This document shows, piece after piece, positions 1-9,715 of a DNA stretch of 64,000 bases. The position numbers and the translations under genes are program-made. Each line of letters begins with the position of its first letter. The first letter of the stretch is position 1. The DNA lies in assembly GCA_965601925.1 (NCBI GenBank), contig OZ271854.1:4544001-4608000 (forward strand), read 5' to 3'. The notes below the pieces were generated by a model. The model made no database searches, was not told the origin of the DNA, and saw only the letters and a program-made list of their open reading frames with translations. This DNA comes from Alkalispirochaeta sp. (GTDB taxonomy: Bacteria > Spirochaetota > Spirochaetia > DSM-27196 > Alkalispirochaetaceae).

Positions 1-187
1 GCCCCTTGCGAGTGCGGATTTCGAAGGTGCCGAAGCCGCGAAACTCGACAATCTTGTCTTGAAGAAGAGCCGTCTTCACCTCTCCGAAAAAGGAATCGAT
101 AATCGTATGGATGTCTTTCTTACTGACATCGATCTGCTCACCGATATGTTCGACGATCTCGGCTTTGGTTAGTTTCGAACCCGGCAC
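1..187 (-). CDS. hup: HU/IHF family DNA-binding protein (Hbb-like), 3' end truncated by the window edge
   Basis: Not in the ORF track. Manual translation from GTG at 187 gives MPGSKLTKAEIVEHIGEQIDVSKKDIHTIIDSFFGEVKTALLQDKIVEFRGFGTFEIRTRKG, with the HU/IHF GFGTF motif. GGAGGA SD upstream; follows rpsT as in Borrelia rpsT-hbb. Confidence 0.9.
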   Translation of the reverse strand, partial: MPGSKLTKAEIVEHIGEQIDVSKKDIHTIIDSFFGEVKTALLQDKIVEFRGFGTFEIRTRKG

Positions 188-204
188 GATTCCTCCGATG
201 CGGC

Positions 205-471
205 TTATGACTGAATCGCGTTGACTCTATGCGCCATACGGGACTTTTTGCGACCCGCAGTGTTCTTATGATACACGCCTTTACGCGCGGCGGAATCGAT
301 GAGAGCAACGTATGAACGAAGCGCCTCGTCCGCGGCACTCCTCTCGTTGGAGGCGACGGCGCTGAGCACCCTCTTCGCACTGGAGCGTACCTCGCTGCGA
401 ATCGCTTTGTTTTTCATGCGCCGCTTCTCGCTCTGACGATGACGCTTGGCGGCAGAACCCTTGGTAATCAA
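205..471 (-). CDS. rpsT: 30S ribosomal protein S20
   Basis: SAAKRHRQSEKRRMKNK...GVYHKNTAGRKKSRM; TTG start with GGAGG SD. Confidence 0.97.
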   Translation of the reverse strand: MITKGSAAKRHRQSEKRRMKNKAIRSEVRSSAKRVLSAVASNERSAADEALRSYVALIDSAARKGVYHKNTAGRKKSRMAHRVNAIQS

Positions 472-510
472 AAGAATTATCCTCCCTGGTCAAATAGATA
501 ACAGCTGCAG

Positions 511-540
511 ACCGTAGCAGATATTCGAACGACGTGTCAA
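511..540 (-). promoter_or_regulatory. putative sigma70 promoter of rpsT-hup
   Basis: TTGACA-18 bp-TACGGT, with TGc preceding the -10. Confidence 0.45.
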
Positions 541-591
541 CGAAGACAACGCTTAACATAGATCGATGATTCCGGGTAGTGTAGGTGCCGG

Positions 592-1338
592 ATGCGAGCA
601 ACGCTGTTTTTTTGTCTCATCATCGCTCAATTGGTGTGGTGGGACCTTCTCGACAAGGTACGCATCGCCGTAAGCACATCCCACGCTCGGCGCGTCATGA
701 ATCGCTACGTCCCCTTGAGGGCGCGCAGACTTTTTGCGATCGCGCGCCGTTTCGCCGGCCTCCGACTGCAGATCGACCTCGACGACCGGGATTATCCCGA
801 TCGGTTCGTGATTCTCGCCAACCATCAGAGCGTCATCGATATCGTGGCCATCATGGCGGCCTTTCGCCACCATTCGGTCCGGTTCGTCGCGAAACGGGAG
901 TTGGGCAAATGGTTTCCGGCAGTCTCGCGCGTGCTGCGAGTCCAGCGACACGCCCTCATAAACCGCAGCGGTGATGTCGCTCAGGCGATGCATGAGATAG
1001 AGCGACTTGGAAGGGACCTCGGCCCCGGCGAGGCGATCGTTATTTTTCCCGAAGGAACGCGCTCTCGCGACGGCCGCGTCCATACGTTCCATTCGGGCGC
1101 TCTTCGTCGATTGTTGCGTGCTCGCTCGTTGCCGCTGGTCATCGTCGCCCTTGACGGCGGCTGGCGACTTTCGCGATTAAGCGACCTCACACAGATGCGC
1201 ACGGGGCATCGCTATCGCATCAAGGGAGTGACCATCATGGATGCGGCTCACGACAAGCGCGCCCTGCTCGAGTCGGTAGCGCACGCCCGGGAGCTCATAG
1301 ACGATACCATCGCCGGGTGGCGATCGACCGGAGAGTGA
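592..1338 (+). CDS. lysophospholipid (PlsC-like) acyltransferase
   Basis: NHQSVID (HxxxxD), FVAKREL and FPEGTRS motifs. Confidence 0.9.
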   Translation: MRATLFFCLIIAQLVWWDLLDKVRIAVSTSHARRVMNRYVPLRARRLFAIARRFAGLRLQIDLDDRDYPDRFVILANHQSVIDIVAIMAAFRHHSVRFVAKRELGKWFPAVSRVLRVQRHALINRSGDVAQAMHEIERLGRDLGPGEAIVIFPEGTRSRDGRVHTFHSGALRRLLRARSLPLVIVALDGGWRLSRLSDLTQMRTGHRYRIKGVTIMDAAHDKRALLESVAHARELIDDTIAGWRSTGE

Positions 1339-1429
1339 CGATATCGCAGTATTATCCGAGTTTCGTACGCTTCTACCCCTCCTGAGACGCTATCGATGGC
1401 GTTATGTCGCCGGCATCATCTCGCTGCTG

Positions 1430-3094
1430 GTGACCAGCGGAGCTCAACTACTCATTCCCCAGTTTATCGGTCGCGCCGTCGATCTATTGGTTGACGGTAT
1501 CGGCGAACCGCGAAGGATCGGGGCGCTTATGGCGGCTATGATCGGCGTTGCGGTCGTCATCGCCGCGGGACGTCTGGGATGGCGCTTTTTCATTCACGGG
1601 TCGAGCAGGCGTATCGAGACCGAGCTCCGTGCACGCTTGTACGCACATCTCCTCACTCTCCCCTCTTCGTACTATCAACGGGTCAAGACCGGCGACCTGA
1701 TGGCGCGGGCCACCAACGATATGAACGCGATTAGGATGGCGGTCGGCATGGCGCTAGTCGCCTTCTTCGACGGCCTGTTTATGACGGTGGCGATCCTCTC
1801 GATCCTCATCAGCCAAAATCCGCGCCTCGCGCTGCTCACCGTCATTCCATTGCCGATCATTACCATTTCGATGGTGATTCTGGGAGGCCGCATCGGGCGG
1901 CTTTTTCGGTCGGTACAGGAGGGTTTCTCCGCTATGAGCGACCAGGCGCAGGAGGCGTTCAGCGGTATTCGCGTAATCAAAGCGTTCGTTAAGGAGGCGT
2001 ACTTCCTCAGACGTTTTGCCGACGCGAACGACGCCTACCAAAGTCGAAACATGAAACTCGTGAGAATCTGGGGAATCTTCTTTCCTCTGGTGGGGTTTCT
2101 CTCGGGCCTGACGCTATTGATGCTCCTCTGGTTCGGCGGGCGCTCATTGATTGCCGGCGAAATCTCGACCGGGAACTTCGTCACCATTCTGAGTTATCTG
2201 CAAATGCTGATCTGGCCCATGATGGGAGCGGGATTTACCATCAACATGTTGCAACGCGGTGCGGCCTCGCTCGGGAGGATCAATGCGGTCCTCGATACCG
2301 CGCCGTCGATCATCTCTCCGCCCGGTGCCGTGACGAGACCGATCGCGGGACATGTCGAGATCCGAAACGTGACCCACCGCTTCCCCGACTCCGGGCGCGC
2401 TGCGTTGCACAACGTAAGCGTCAGCGTGGCACGGGGATCGATGCTCGGCGTTCTCGGTCGCACCGGGAGCGGTAAGTCGACCCTTATATCACTGCTTCCA
2501 CGCCTCCTGGACCCTCCTCCGGGGACGGTGTTCATAGACGGAACGGATGTTCGCGAATACGATCTGGATACTTTGCGGCGAGGGTTCGCCGTCGTACCGC
2601 AATCCGCCTTTCTCTTCTCCGCCTCAATTGCCGAGAACATCCGCTTCGGCAGGCCCGATGCGAACGACGAAGAGGTTGAGAGGGTCGGAACGACGGCGGC
2701 GATCGACACCGATATCGCCGATTTTCCGGATCGGTGGGATACCATTGTAGGGGAGCGGGGAGTAACCCTTTCGGGCGGTCAAAGACAACGCATCGCATTA
2801 GCACGTGCGCTACTCGTCGATGCCGAGGTGCTTATTCTCGACGATGCGCTGTCCGCTGTGGACAGCGACACCGAGGAGCGTATTCTCACCGCCCTCGAAA
2901 CGTTACGACGGGGGCGGACGACCGTCGTCGTCTCCAATCGAGTGTCCACCTTGGCGGGCTCGGATCTCATCATCGTGCTCGAAGAGGGCGAAATCGTTCA
3001 GCGGGGCACACATTTTTCGCTTATCGAAGAGCCCGGATTCTATCGCGAGATATATCGGCTTCAACAACGGGAACGCGCAAGGGAGCGTCGATGA
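1430..3094 (+). CDS. ABC exporter, fused permease/ATPase (heterodimer subunit 1); true start probably near 1343-1352
   Basis: TM domain plus Walker A GRTGSGKS, LSGGQRQR and degenerate ILDDALSAVD; frame is open upstream with plausible TM1 sequence. Confidence 0.92.
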   Translation: MTSGAQLLIPQFIGRAVDLLVDGIGEPRRIGALMAAMIGVAVVIAAGRLGWRFFIHGSSRRIETELRARLYAHLLTLPSSYYQRVKTGDLMARATNDMNAIRMAVGMALVAFFDGLFMTVAILSILISQNPRLALLTVIPLPIITISMVILGGRIGRLFRSVQEGFSAMSDQAQEAFSGIRVIKAFVKEAYFLRRFADANDAYQSRNMKLVRIWGIFFPLVGFLSGLTLLMLLWFGGRSLIAGEISTGNFVTILSYLQMLIWPMMGAGFTINMLQRGAASLGRINAVLDTAPSIISPPGAVTRPIAGHVEIRNVTHRFPDSGRAALHNVSVSVARGSMLGVLGRTGSGKSTLISLLPRLLDPPPGTVFIDGTDVREYDLDTLRRGFAVVPQSAFLFSASIAENIRFGRPDANDEEVERVGTTAAIDTDIADFPDRWDTIVGERGVTLSGGQRQRIALARALLVDAEVLILDDALSAVDSDTEERILTALETLRRGRTTVVVSNRVSTLAGSDLIIVLEEGEIVQRGTHFSLIEEPGFYREIYRLQQRERARERR

Positions 3095-5187
3095 TTCACC
3101 ACCAGGATGAAAAGATCATTGCCGGATACGACCCGGCCCTGATGCGGCGTCTGGCTGCGTTTGCCCGCCCGTACGGTCGCTATATCGTCGTCGCCTTTAC
3201 ATGTTTGTTGATCGCCACCGTCGGCGACGTGCTCCTGCCGGTGGTCATCCAACGCACCATAGACCACGAGATCCTCGATTTCTGGATCGGCGTCGATCCC
3301 GCTTCGGTCGACCGCTTCAACCGGGCGGGCGAGACGTTGCGAATCGGTAATACGGTGTATCTTCGAGAGGAGTTTCTCGACCAAATCTCGCGGCCTCAAC
3401 GCGACGAGATGCGCGAAGAGGGCGCGTTGGACCCTCGACGCTTCGTCATTATTCCCGCCGACGCCGTTATTGATAACCCGCCGATTGCACAGAAGATTCT
3501 CACCGAACGTGTCGGTACCGACGGATCGTGGGAGGTCTATCCGCGTACGGTAATCGATCGTCTCGAGAGGAGTGAGCGCCTTTCTCTACGCACCGACAAC
3601 GTGCAGGGGCTCCGGCGTAACGTGGTGGTGTTCTCAATTATTCTGGTCGGTGTGCTCGTATCGAGCTTCGGCCAGGTCTATCTCACCGCGTACACCGGCC
3701 AGCTCGTGATGAAACGACTGCGGCTGGAGGTGTTCGGCCATACGATGGGGCAAAATCTCGGATTTCTGGGAAACCAAGCGGTTGGGCGATTGGTAACGCG
3801 GGCGACCAACGACGTCGAGACGATCAACGAACTCTTCACATCCGTGCTGTCGGAACTGACGCGCAACGTCTGTCTGATGATCGCTGTCGTCATTACCATG
3901 ATTTCTCTCAATGCACGTCTGGCGGGCATCGTGCTATTGAGCATGATTCCGATCGTCGTACTCACCGATATATTCCGGCGTCGTGCACGCGAGGCGTTTC
4001 GCCGGGCGCGCCGCGCCGTGAGCGTCGTAAACGCCTATTTAGCCGAGTACATCTCCGGCATGTCCATCGTTCAAATGTTCGTACAACAGCATCGCAGCCG
4101 TCGCGAGTTCGACGAACGCAACGAGGAACTACTCGGCGCCCACATCGCCGAAATGCACGTCTTTGCCGTGTTTCGCCCGATTGTAGACTTCATGGCGACC
4201 ACGTCGACAGCGGTGGTGATCTTCTTCGGTGCGCGTCTGTTGAACGTAGATTTAGTCTCTTTAGGCGTGCTCGTCGCGTTTGCCAACTTGATTCGCCGAT
4301 TCTACATGCCCGTTATGATGATCTCAGAACAATTTACGGTACTTCAGGGGGCGATGGCGGGCGCGGAGCGAGTCTTTTCACTCCTGGATGAGCGCCATCG
4401 CATCGCCGACGACGGCACAGAGAGGATCGAGCGCTCGTCGGTGCGGGGCGCGATCCGTTTTGACGAGGTACATTTCGCCTATAAACCGAGCGAGCCGGTT
4501 CTTGCAGGGCTCTCATTCGCCGTGGAGCCGGGACAGATGGTCGCGATCGTGGGATATACCGGCGCCGGAAAAACGACGATTATCAACGTCCTCACCCGCC
4601 TCTGGGATATCGAACGCGGTTCAATATCGATCGACGGCGCCGACATTCGTACGATTCCTCTTGCGACGTTACGGAGCATCGTTCAGCCGATCCAACAAGA
4701 CGTATATCTATTCAGCGATACGATACGTAACAATATCACCCTCGGCGAGCCGGTCGACGACGAGACGGTGTGGCGCGCGTGCGAGGCGGTCCAAATCGGC
4801 GACTATATCAGGGGACTTCCCGAGGGCCTGGATACGGTTCTGCATGAGAGGGGGACCGATCTTTCGGCGGGGCAGCGACAGTTGGTCTCGTTCGCCCGCG
4901 TTCTGGTTCACGATCCGCCGATACTCCTCTTGGACGAGGCGACCTCAAATATCGACAGTGAGACGGAGCATACACTCCAACGCGCCGTGGAAACGGTGAC
5001 CGGCGGGCGAACCTCGCTGGTCATCGCCCATCGCCTCTCCACGATTCAGCACGCCGATACGATACTGGTACTATCACACGGTACACTGGAGGAGCAGGGA
5101 ACGCACGCGGAACTGGTCGAACGGAACGGACTCTACGCTACTCTCGACCGATTGCAATACATTCAGCGGAGCAGTTTTCGAGATTGA
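3091..5187 (+). CDS. ABC exporter, fused permease/ATPase (heterodimer subunit 2) with large extracytoplasmic loop
   Basis: ATG at 3091 overlaps the previous stop (ATGA); GYTGAGKT, LSAGQRQ, LLDEATS and IAHRLSTI motifs. Confidence 0.92.
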   Translation: MIHHQDEKIIAGYDPALMRRLAAFARPYGRYIVVAFTCLLIATVGDVLLPVVIQRTIDHEILDFWIGVDPASVDRFNRAGETLRIGNTVYLREEFLDQISRPQRDEMREEGALDPRRFVIIPADAVIDNPPIAQKILTERVGTDGSWEVYPRTVIDRLERSERLSLRTDNVQGLRRNVVVFSIILVGVLVSSFGQVYLTAYTGQLVMKRLRLEVFGHTMGQNLGFLGNQAVGRLVTRATNDVETINELFTSVLSELTRNVCLMIAVVITMISLNARLAGIVLLSMIPIVVLTDIFRRRAREAFRRARRAVSVVNAYLAEYISGMSIVQMFVQQHRSRREFDERNEELLGAHIAEMHVFAVFRPIVDFMATTSTAVVIFFGARLLNVDLVSLGVLVAFANLIRRFYMPVMMISEQFTVLQGAMAGAERVFSLLDERHRIADDGTERIERSSVRGAIRFDEVHFAYKPSEPVLAGLSFAVEPGQMVAIVGYTGAGKTTIINVLTRLWDIERGSISIDGADIRTIPLATLRSIVQPIQQDVYLFSDTIRNNITLGEPVDDETVWRACEAVQIGDYIRGLPEGLDTVLHERGTDLSAGQRQLVSFARVLVHDPPILLLDEATSNIDSETEHTLQRAVETVTGGRTSLVIAHRLSTIQHADTILVLSHGTLEEQGTHAELVERNGLYATLDRLQYIQRSSFRD

Positions 5188-6019
5188 CTTCCCACTCCGG
5201 CTGTTGGCGCTTGCCCCGACCACGGACCGTCTCGCGACGAGTGAGAGCACAAATGGGCACGGAAGTGCATTGTCCTCCGGGGCCGAACATGCGCACCTGC
5301 TTACTCAAAATATTTATCTCTTGAACGCGAAAGACGTCCCCTTCCATGCTCACGAGCGTGCCCTCGCGGGGATACCGTTTGCGTTCATCCTGATAAAAGT
5401 TGTGCTCGTAGGCCAAACAGCACAGCAGACGTCCGCACGGTCCCGAAACCTTCATAGAATTGAGCGAGTAATTCTGATTCTTCGCCATGCGAATAGAGAC
5501 CGGTGCCAGACGATCCGACACACCGTTGCAGCACAGCCTGCGGCCGCAGATTCCCATACCGCCGAGAATGCGTGTCTCGTCGCGCACACCGATTTGCCTG
5601 AGCTCGACGCGCACGTGAAACCGCGACACCAGATCGCGCACCAGGTTCCGAAAGTCGACGCGATGATCGGACACGAAAAAAAACAGTAGTTTGGAACGAT
5701 CCAATAGGTAGTGCGCGCTGACCACTCGCATATCGAGTCCGTGGGCCTCCACACGCTCGGAGCACACCTTGGACGCTTGCGCGGCCTCCTCTTCGTGGCG
5801 GCGATGGTGCTCCATGTCGGCGGGCGTTGCAACGCGATCGACTCTACAGACCGACTTGTACGCCGACCGGCCGCGCTCGCTGACCGTGCCGATCGCCGAA
5901 CCGATATCCTGTCCGTAACGCCCCTGGTATACGATGTTCCACCCTATGTTGATCTGAAGCCCGCCCGTCTCGCAGAGATCTGTTTCGCGGGTATGAATGT
6001 TACGGACCACCAGCTCCAT
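5138..6019 (-). CDS. ricT: PSP1-domain / RicT (YaaT) family regulatory Fe-S protein
   Basis: RVDFRNLVRDL, ELRQIGVRDE, GICGRRLCC, SGPCGRLLCCLAYE. Confidence 0.9.
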   Translation of the reverse strand: MELVVRNIHTRETDLCETGGLQINIGWNIVYQGRYGQDIGSAIGTVSERGRSAYKSVCRVDRVATPADMEHHRRHEEEAAQASKVCSERVEAHGLDMRVVSAHYLLDRSKLLFFFVSDHRVDFRNLVRDLVSRFHVRVELRQIGVRDETRILGGMGICGRRLCCNGVSDRLAPVSIRMAKNQNYSLNSMKVSGPCGRLLCCLAYEHNFYQDERKRYPREGTLVSMEGDVFRVQEINILSKQVRMFGPGGQCTSVPICALTRRETVRGRGKRQQPEWEVNLENCSAECIAIGRE

Positions 6020-6034
6020 GAGATGCTCCTTGCC

Positions 6035-6538
6035 TTAATGAATCAGATCGATCAGCATGCCTCGTATCGCCTCTAAGCGCCCGAGGATATCGAACTGCGC
6101 ATCCTGAGTCTGCAATAAACCGGTGATGAGTCGGTCTACCGATCGATTGATATCAGTCAAGAGATAGTAACGTTTTCGCGACATTATACCACGACTCGAC
6201 TCACTGATTTGAACGTGATTCGCGTCGGGTACGACGTTCCGCAAAAAGAGCTGAACCGCCTCGCGATACGCTTGAGCGGCGGAGAATGTTCGCTCGTTGA
6301 GAAGACGTTGTCCCGCCTCGTGCACCGCATCGAGAAGTTTCTCCGTCGAGCCGTCGACGCCGGCGGGCGACGTTCCCGACGCTTGAAATACGTCACCTGT
6401 CGTTGCCGGCGGGTCCGCCTCGCCCGTCTCCTCCAAACGGCGCGCAAAACCGCCTGCCGTCTCCTCCCCGTGCCCAAGGCTGCGGCGCGAAGCGCGGCGG
6501 TCGAGACGGCGATTTCTATCGGAACGTATCGGTTCCAT
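6035..6538 (-). CDS. YaaR / DUF327 family protein
   Basis: LLDAVHEAGQRL...YREAVQLFL...ILGRLEAIRGMLIDL pattern; adjacent to ricT. Confidence 0.75.
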   Translation of the reverse strand: MEPIRSDRNRRLDRRASRRSLGHGEETAGGFARRLEETGEADPPATTGDVFQASGTSPAGVDGSTEKLLDAVHEAGQRLLNERTFSAAQAYREAVQLFLRNVVPDANHVQISESSRGIMSRKRYYLLTDINRSVDRLITGLLQTQDAQFDILGRLEAIRGMLIDLIH

Positions 6539-7011
6539 TAGCGCTGCCGATCCGGGACTCCGACGTCACTCCTCGGTCTTCTCTGGCGCCACGATCTCCT
6601 CGACCTGCCGTCGGTCGGCGGGAGAGCCGCGGTATCGACCGGGGCCTTTTCGGTACCGCTCTCACGCTCATCGCGCACTCCCCGTATATGCATCGCACCA
6701 TCGAGAATGACGCCCGACTCTACGATAATGCGGGGACTGTAGATGTTACCGATGATGACTGCCGTGTCGAGGGCGATAACTTTTTCGCTCGCATACACAG
6801 TGCCTCGGAATATGCCGCCGATCACGACCGTCGATGCGTCTATCGTGCAATCCGCTCGACCGCCTCGACCGATGATAACGCGACCGGCCGTCTTTATACC
6901 GCCTGAGAAATCGCCGTCGATCCGCAGCAAACCGGAGACGACGATGTTCCCTTTAAAAAAAGATCCCGTCCCTACGATGGAGTTTATGAGTGTCGCGTCG
7001 AGAGAAGGCAT
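6538..7011 (-). CDS. bactofilin (polymer-forming cytoskeletal protein, CcmA family)
   Basis: SIVGTGSFFKGNI..SGLLRIDGDFSG...VIIGNIYSPRIIVESGVILDG beta-helix pattern. Confidence 0.92.
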   Translation of the reverse strand: MPSLDATLINSIVGTGSFFKGNIVVSGLLRIDGDFSGGIKTAGRVIIGRGGRADCTIDASTVVIGGIFRGTVYASEKVIALDTAVIIGNIYSPRIIVESGVILDGAMHIRGVRDERESGTEKAPVDTAALPPTDGRSRRSWRQRRPRSDVGVPDRQR

Positions 7012-7021
7012 ACCGAGACGA

Positions 7022-8005
7022 TCAGCGGGTGCCGGTACCGCCCCGCACGAAATCGTTGCTAATTTTTAAGAACGCCGCGGGATCCACTACATCGGTACCC
7101 AGAGTCACGATGAAATCCAGATGCGGACCGGTCGACATGCCGGTATTGCCCAGTGTCCCGATACGCTGACCCTGAACGACATCCTGTCCCTTATTCACGA
7201 GAATACTCTGGAGATGCGAATACTGCGTGCTGAATCCGTACCGGTGACGCAACACTATAAAGAAGCCGTACCCGCGATCGTTCCCCATCTCGACGACTTT
7301 GCCGTCGGCGCTCGCTACGATGGGAAGTCCCGGGGGACCGGCGATGTCGATTCCTTTGTGGAGATACCACTGGCCGGTAAAGGGGTGAATATTGGGTCCG
7401 AACTCCATCGTCACGCGTCCCATTCCGCTGGCGACCGGCCAGAAGTTCGGGATGTCGGACAACAACTCCTGCTGAGACTCGAGAACGACGCGCATCTCTC
7501 GCAGGGGATTCACCGCATCCTGAAGTGTACCGGAAAGGTCGCGGAGCTCCTGAATCTCCCTCACGCGATCGTCGGCCACCGCCTGAATATCGAAAAACGC
7601 CGCGAGATCGCCTCGGGTGACCGCCGCCGGGACCGTATCGTCGGGACGTTCGATACCGAGGCTATTGACGGTGTCGACCAACTCCTCGTCAAATGAACGC
7701 GCGGTGCGCAGCACGTTCTGCACTTCGTTCAACACCGCATCGAGATTCGCCTGACTATTGGCGAGTTGCTGTTCCTGATTATCTATGATGGCGGTCGAAC
7801 CGATATGGACGCTTGAAAAATACACGAAGCTTCCGAAAACGCCGACCAGAAGGAAAATACCGAAAACCAAAACGAGCGCGTTAACGTGGAAGTTGATTGC
7901 TCCTCGCTCGGAGTGAGGGATCAACATAACGGTGAACCGCTGCGTGAGAAAACTCCACACCCGACCTTTTTTCACTTGGTCGGACCAATGTCGCTTTGAT
8001 GACAC
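7022..8005 (-). CDS. membrane-anchored M23 family metallopeptidase
   Basis: TM plus coiled coil; HKGID, YSHL and STGPHL Zn motifs. Confidence 0.92.
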   Translation of the reverse strand: MSSKRHWSDQVKKGRVWSFLTQRFTVMLIPHSERGAINFHVNALVLVFGIFLLVGVFGSFVYFSSVHIGSTAIIDNQEQQLANSQANLDAVLNEVQNVLRTARSFDEELVDTVNSLGIERPDDTVPAAVTRGDLAAFFDIQAVADDRVREIQELRDLSGTLQDAVNPLREMRVVLESQQELLSDIPNFWPVASGMGRVTMEFGPNIHPFTGQWYLHKGIDIAGPPGLPIVASADGKVVEMGNDRGYGFFIVLRHRYGFSTQYSHLQSILVNKGQDVVQGQRIGTLGNTGMSTGPHLDFIVTLGTDVVDPAAFLKISNDFVRGGTGTR

Positions 8006-8023
8006 CTGTGCTCCTTACGAAAG

Positions 8024-8052
8024 ACCCTATCACAACAGACCAAAGAAGTCAA
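8024..8052 (-). promoter_or_regulatory. putative sigma70 promoter of the M23-bactofilin-yaaR-ricT operon
   Basis: TTGACT-17 bp-TAGGGT with TGn extension. Confidence 0.45.
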
Positions 8053-8100
8053 TCTGTATAGAAATTTCGGCCTTTTTTGGCTCACAGAATAGGGTGTACC

Positions 8101-8129
8101 TTGACGAAACCTGACTATAGTGCTATTTT
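8101..8129 (+). promoter_or_regulatory. putative sigma70 promoter of tatD
   Basis: TTGACG-17 bp-TATTTT with TGc extended -10. Confidence 0.55.
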
Positions 8130-8175
8130 TTCGTGGAGTCACATATAGACTAATCCGTTCCTTTTGGTAATCAGT

Positions 8176-8949
8176 ATGAGATTATTTGATACTCATGCTC
8201 ATATCGGCCTGATAGACGAGGATCCGATTGAGCAGCTTATTGTAAGTCAAGAAGCTCGCCACGAACGTATCGACGGTATCTTGAGCATTTGCAACAATGT
8301 TCGCGACTTCTTCAGTTTGTACGAAAATTTGAAGACCGCAGCCAACGTCTATTTCGCGGTCGGTGTCTCGCCGTCCGAGGTGACAAACCCGGGCAAAGAC
8401 TGGGAGAGCCAAGTAGAACAGGGCGCGGCGATGGCGAAAGTGGTCGCCGTGGGTGAGACGGGCTTGGATTACTATCGAAAATTCGGCGATAAGGATTCGC
8501 AGATCGAATTGTTCATTCGTCAGCTCGAACTCGCCGCACGTCTCGACAAGCCGGCGGTCATTCATAACCGGGACGCCGGCAATGATGTACTGGAGATACT
8601 GAAGCAGAAAGTCCCGCCACGCGGAGCGGTACTCCACTGCTACTCCGAGGACTGGGCGTACGCCAAAAAGGCGATCGAACTGCCCATTTACATCTCCTTC
8701 GCCGGGAACGTTACGTATCGCAACGCACGCAACCTTCACGAGACGGCAAAGAACATGCCTCTCGACCGAATGTTGATCGAGAGCGAGAGCCCGTTCATGG
8801 TTCCCTCGTCCCATAGAGGACAGCGTAACCGACCGTCGTATCTGCCGGAGACGCTCCGTTTTCTCGCCGAGCTGCGTGATATGAGCGAGGAAGAGCTTGC
8901 GGAAACCTTGTTCGAGAATAGTTGCCGTTTCTTCGGCTTAGCGATCTAA
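8176..8949 (+). CDS. tatD: TatD family hydrolase/DNase
   Basis: FDTHAH, AVGETGLDYY, IHNRDA, LHCYS, MLIESESPF. Confidence 0.93.
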   Translation: MRLFDTHAHIGLIDEDPIEQLIVSQEARHERIDGILSICNNVRDFFSLYENLKTAANVYFAVGVSPSEVTNPGKDWESQVEQGAAMAKVVAVGETGLDYYRKFGDKDSQIELFIRQLELAARLDKPAVIHNRDAGNDVLEILKQKVPPRGAVLHCYSEDWAYAKKAIELPIYISFAGNVTYRNARNLHETAKNMPLDRMLIESESPFMVPSSHRGQRNRPSYLPETLRFLAELRDMSEEELAETLFENSCRFFGLAI

Positions 8950-8964
8950 CCACAGATCCGCCCC

Positions 8965-9711
8965 TCAGTCGCTGAGGGGCCATTGTCGTCGATACTCATA
9001 CAACAGTATTCCCGCCGCCACCGACACGTTAAAGGAATCGACGCCGGCTTCCGGCGGAGCGGCCGAGGCGATGGTTACGACCGCATCGACGGTCTTGCGA
9101 AGAATCGGTGAGAGCCCCCGTCCCTCCGCGCCGAGAACGATGACCGCGTTTCGGTCGAACGACAGGGTGTGCAGAGCATCGCCCCCCGCGTCGGCGCCGT
9201 AGATCCACCACCCGGCATCGCGGCACGCCCCCAGCGCGACGCGCAGGTTGGGCACGTACGACACGGGGACGAACCGAGAGGCACCGACGGAAACCCTCGA
9301 CACGGTCTCTCCGGCGACGGCGCTGCGACGAGTGGGAATAATCACGAGGCCCACCTCCAACAGGAGAGCGGACCGCAGGATGGCGCCGAGATTGTGGGGA
9401 TCGGTGATGTGATCGAGGGCCACAATCGGTGACGGTCGTCCTTCACGACGGTCGCTCAACCATCGTTTGAGGTCGATGCTCCCTTCATTTCCCGAAACTT
9501 CGTCGGTGACGCGGAGCGCCGCGCCGCGGGCAACCTCGCCGACGTTGCGGCGCAGCCAATCGGGAGTCACCCGTTCGATTTTGAGATGCGCCCGCCCCGC
9601 CGCTGCGATCAGATCGCTGAACCGGTCGCGTGAGCCCGAGAGATGAAGAACTCCCTTGGTGCCGCGCCGGATCGCCGCGAGAATCGCGTGGCGCCCGGTG
9701 ATCCACGACAT
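8965..9711 (-). CDS. rlmB: 23S rRNA (Gm2251) 2'-O-methyltransferase, SpoU/TrmH family
   Basis: LDHITDPHNLGAILRSA, VLGAEGRGL, SFNVSVAAGI. Confidence 0.85.
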   Translation of the reverse strand: MSWITGRHAILAAIRRGTKGVLHLSGSRDRFSDLIAAAGRAHLKIERVTPDWLRRNVGEVARGAALRVTDEVSGNEGSIDLKRWLSDRREGRPSPIVALDHITDPHNLGAILRSALLLEVGLVIIPTRRSAVAGETVSRVSVGASRFVPVSYVPNLRVALGACRDAGWWIYGADAGGDALHTLSFDRNAVIVLGAEGRGLSPILRKTVDAVVTIASAAPPEAGVDSFNVSVAAGILLYEYRRQWPLSD

Positions 9712-9715
9712 GGAA

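Noticed and set aside
2734..3090. 119-aa N-terminal extension of the second ABC subunit
   Set aside because: It overlaps the first subunit in another frame; the ATGA-coupled start at 3091 is more plausible. Similar over-extensions were trimmed at 25205, 33484, 34790, 50510, 56008 and 58372.
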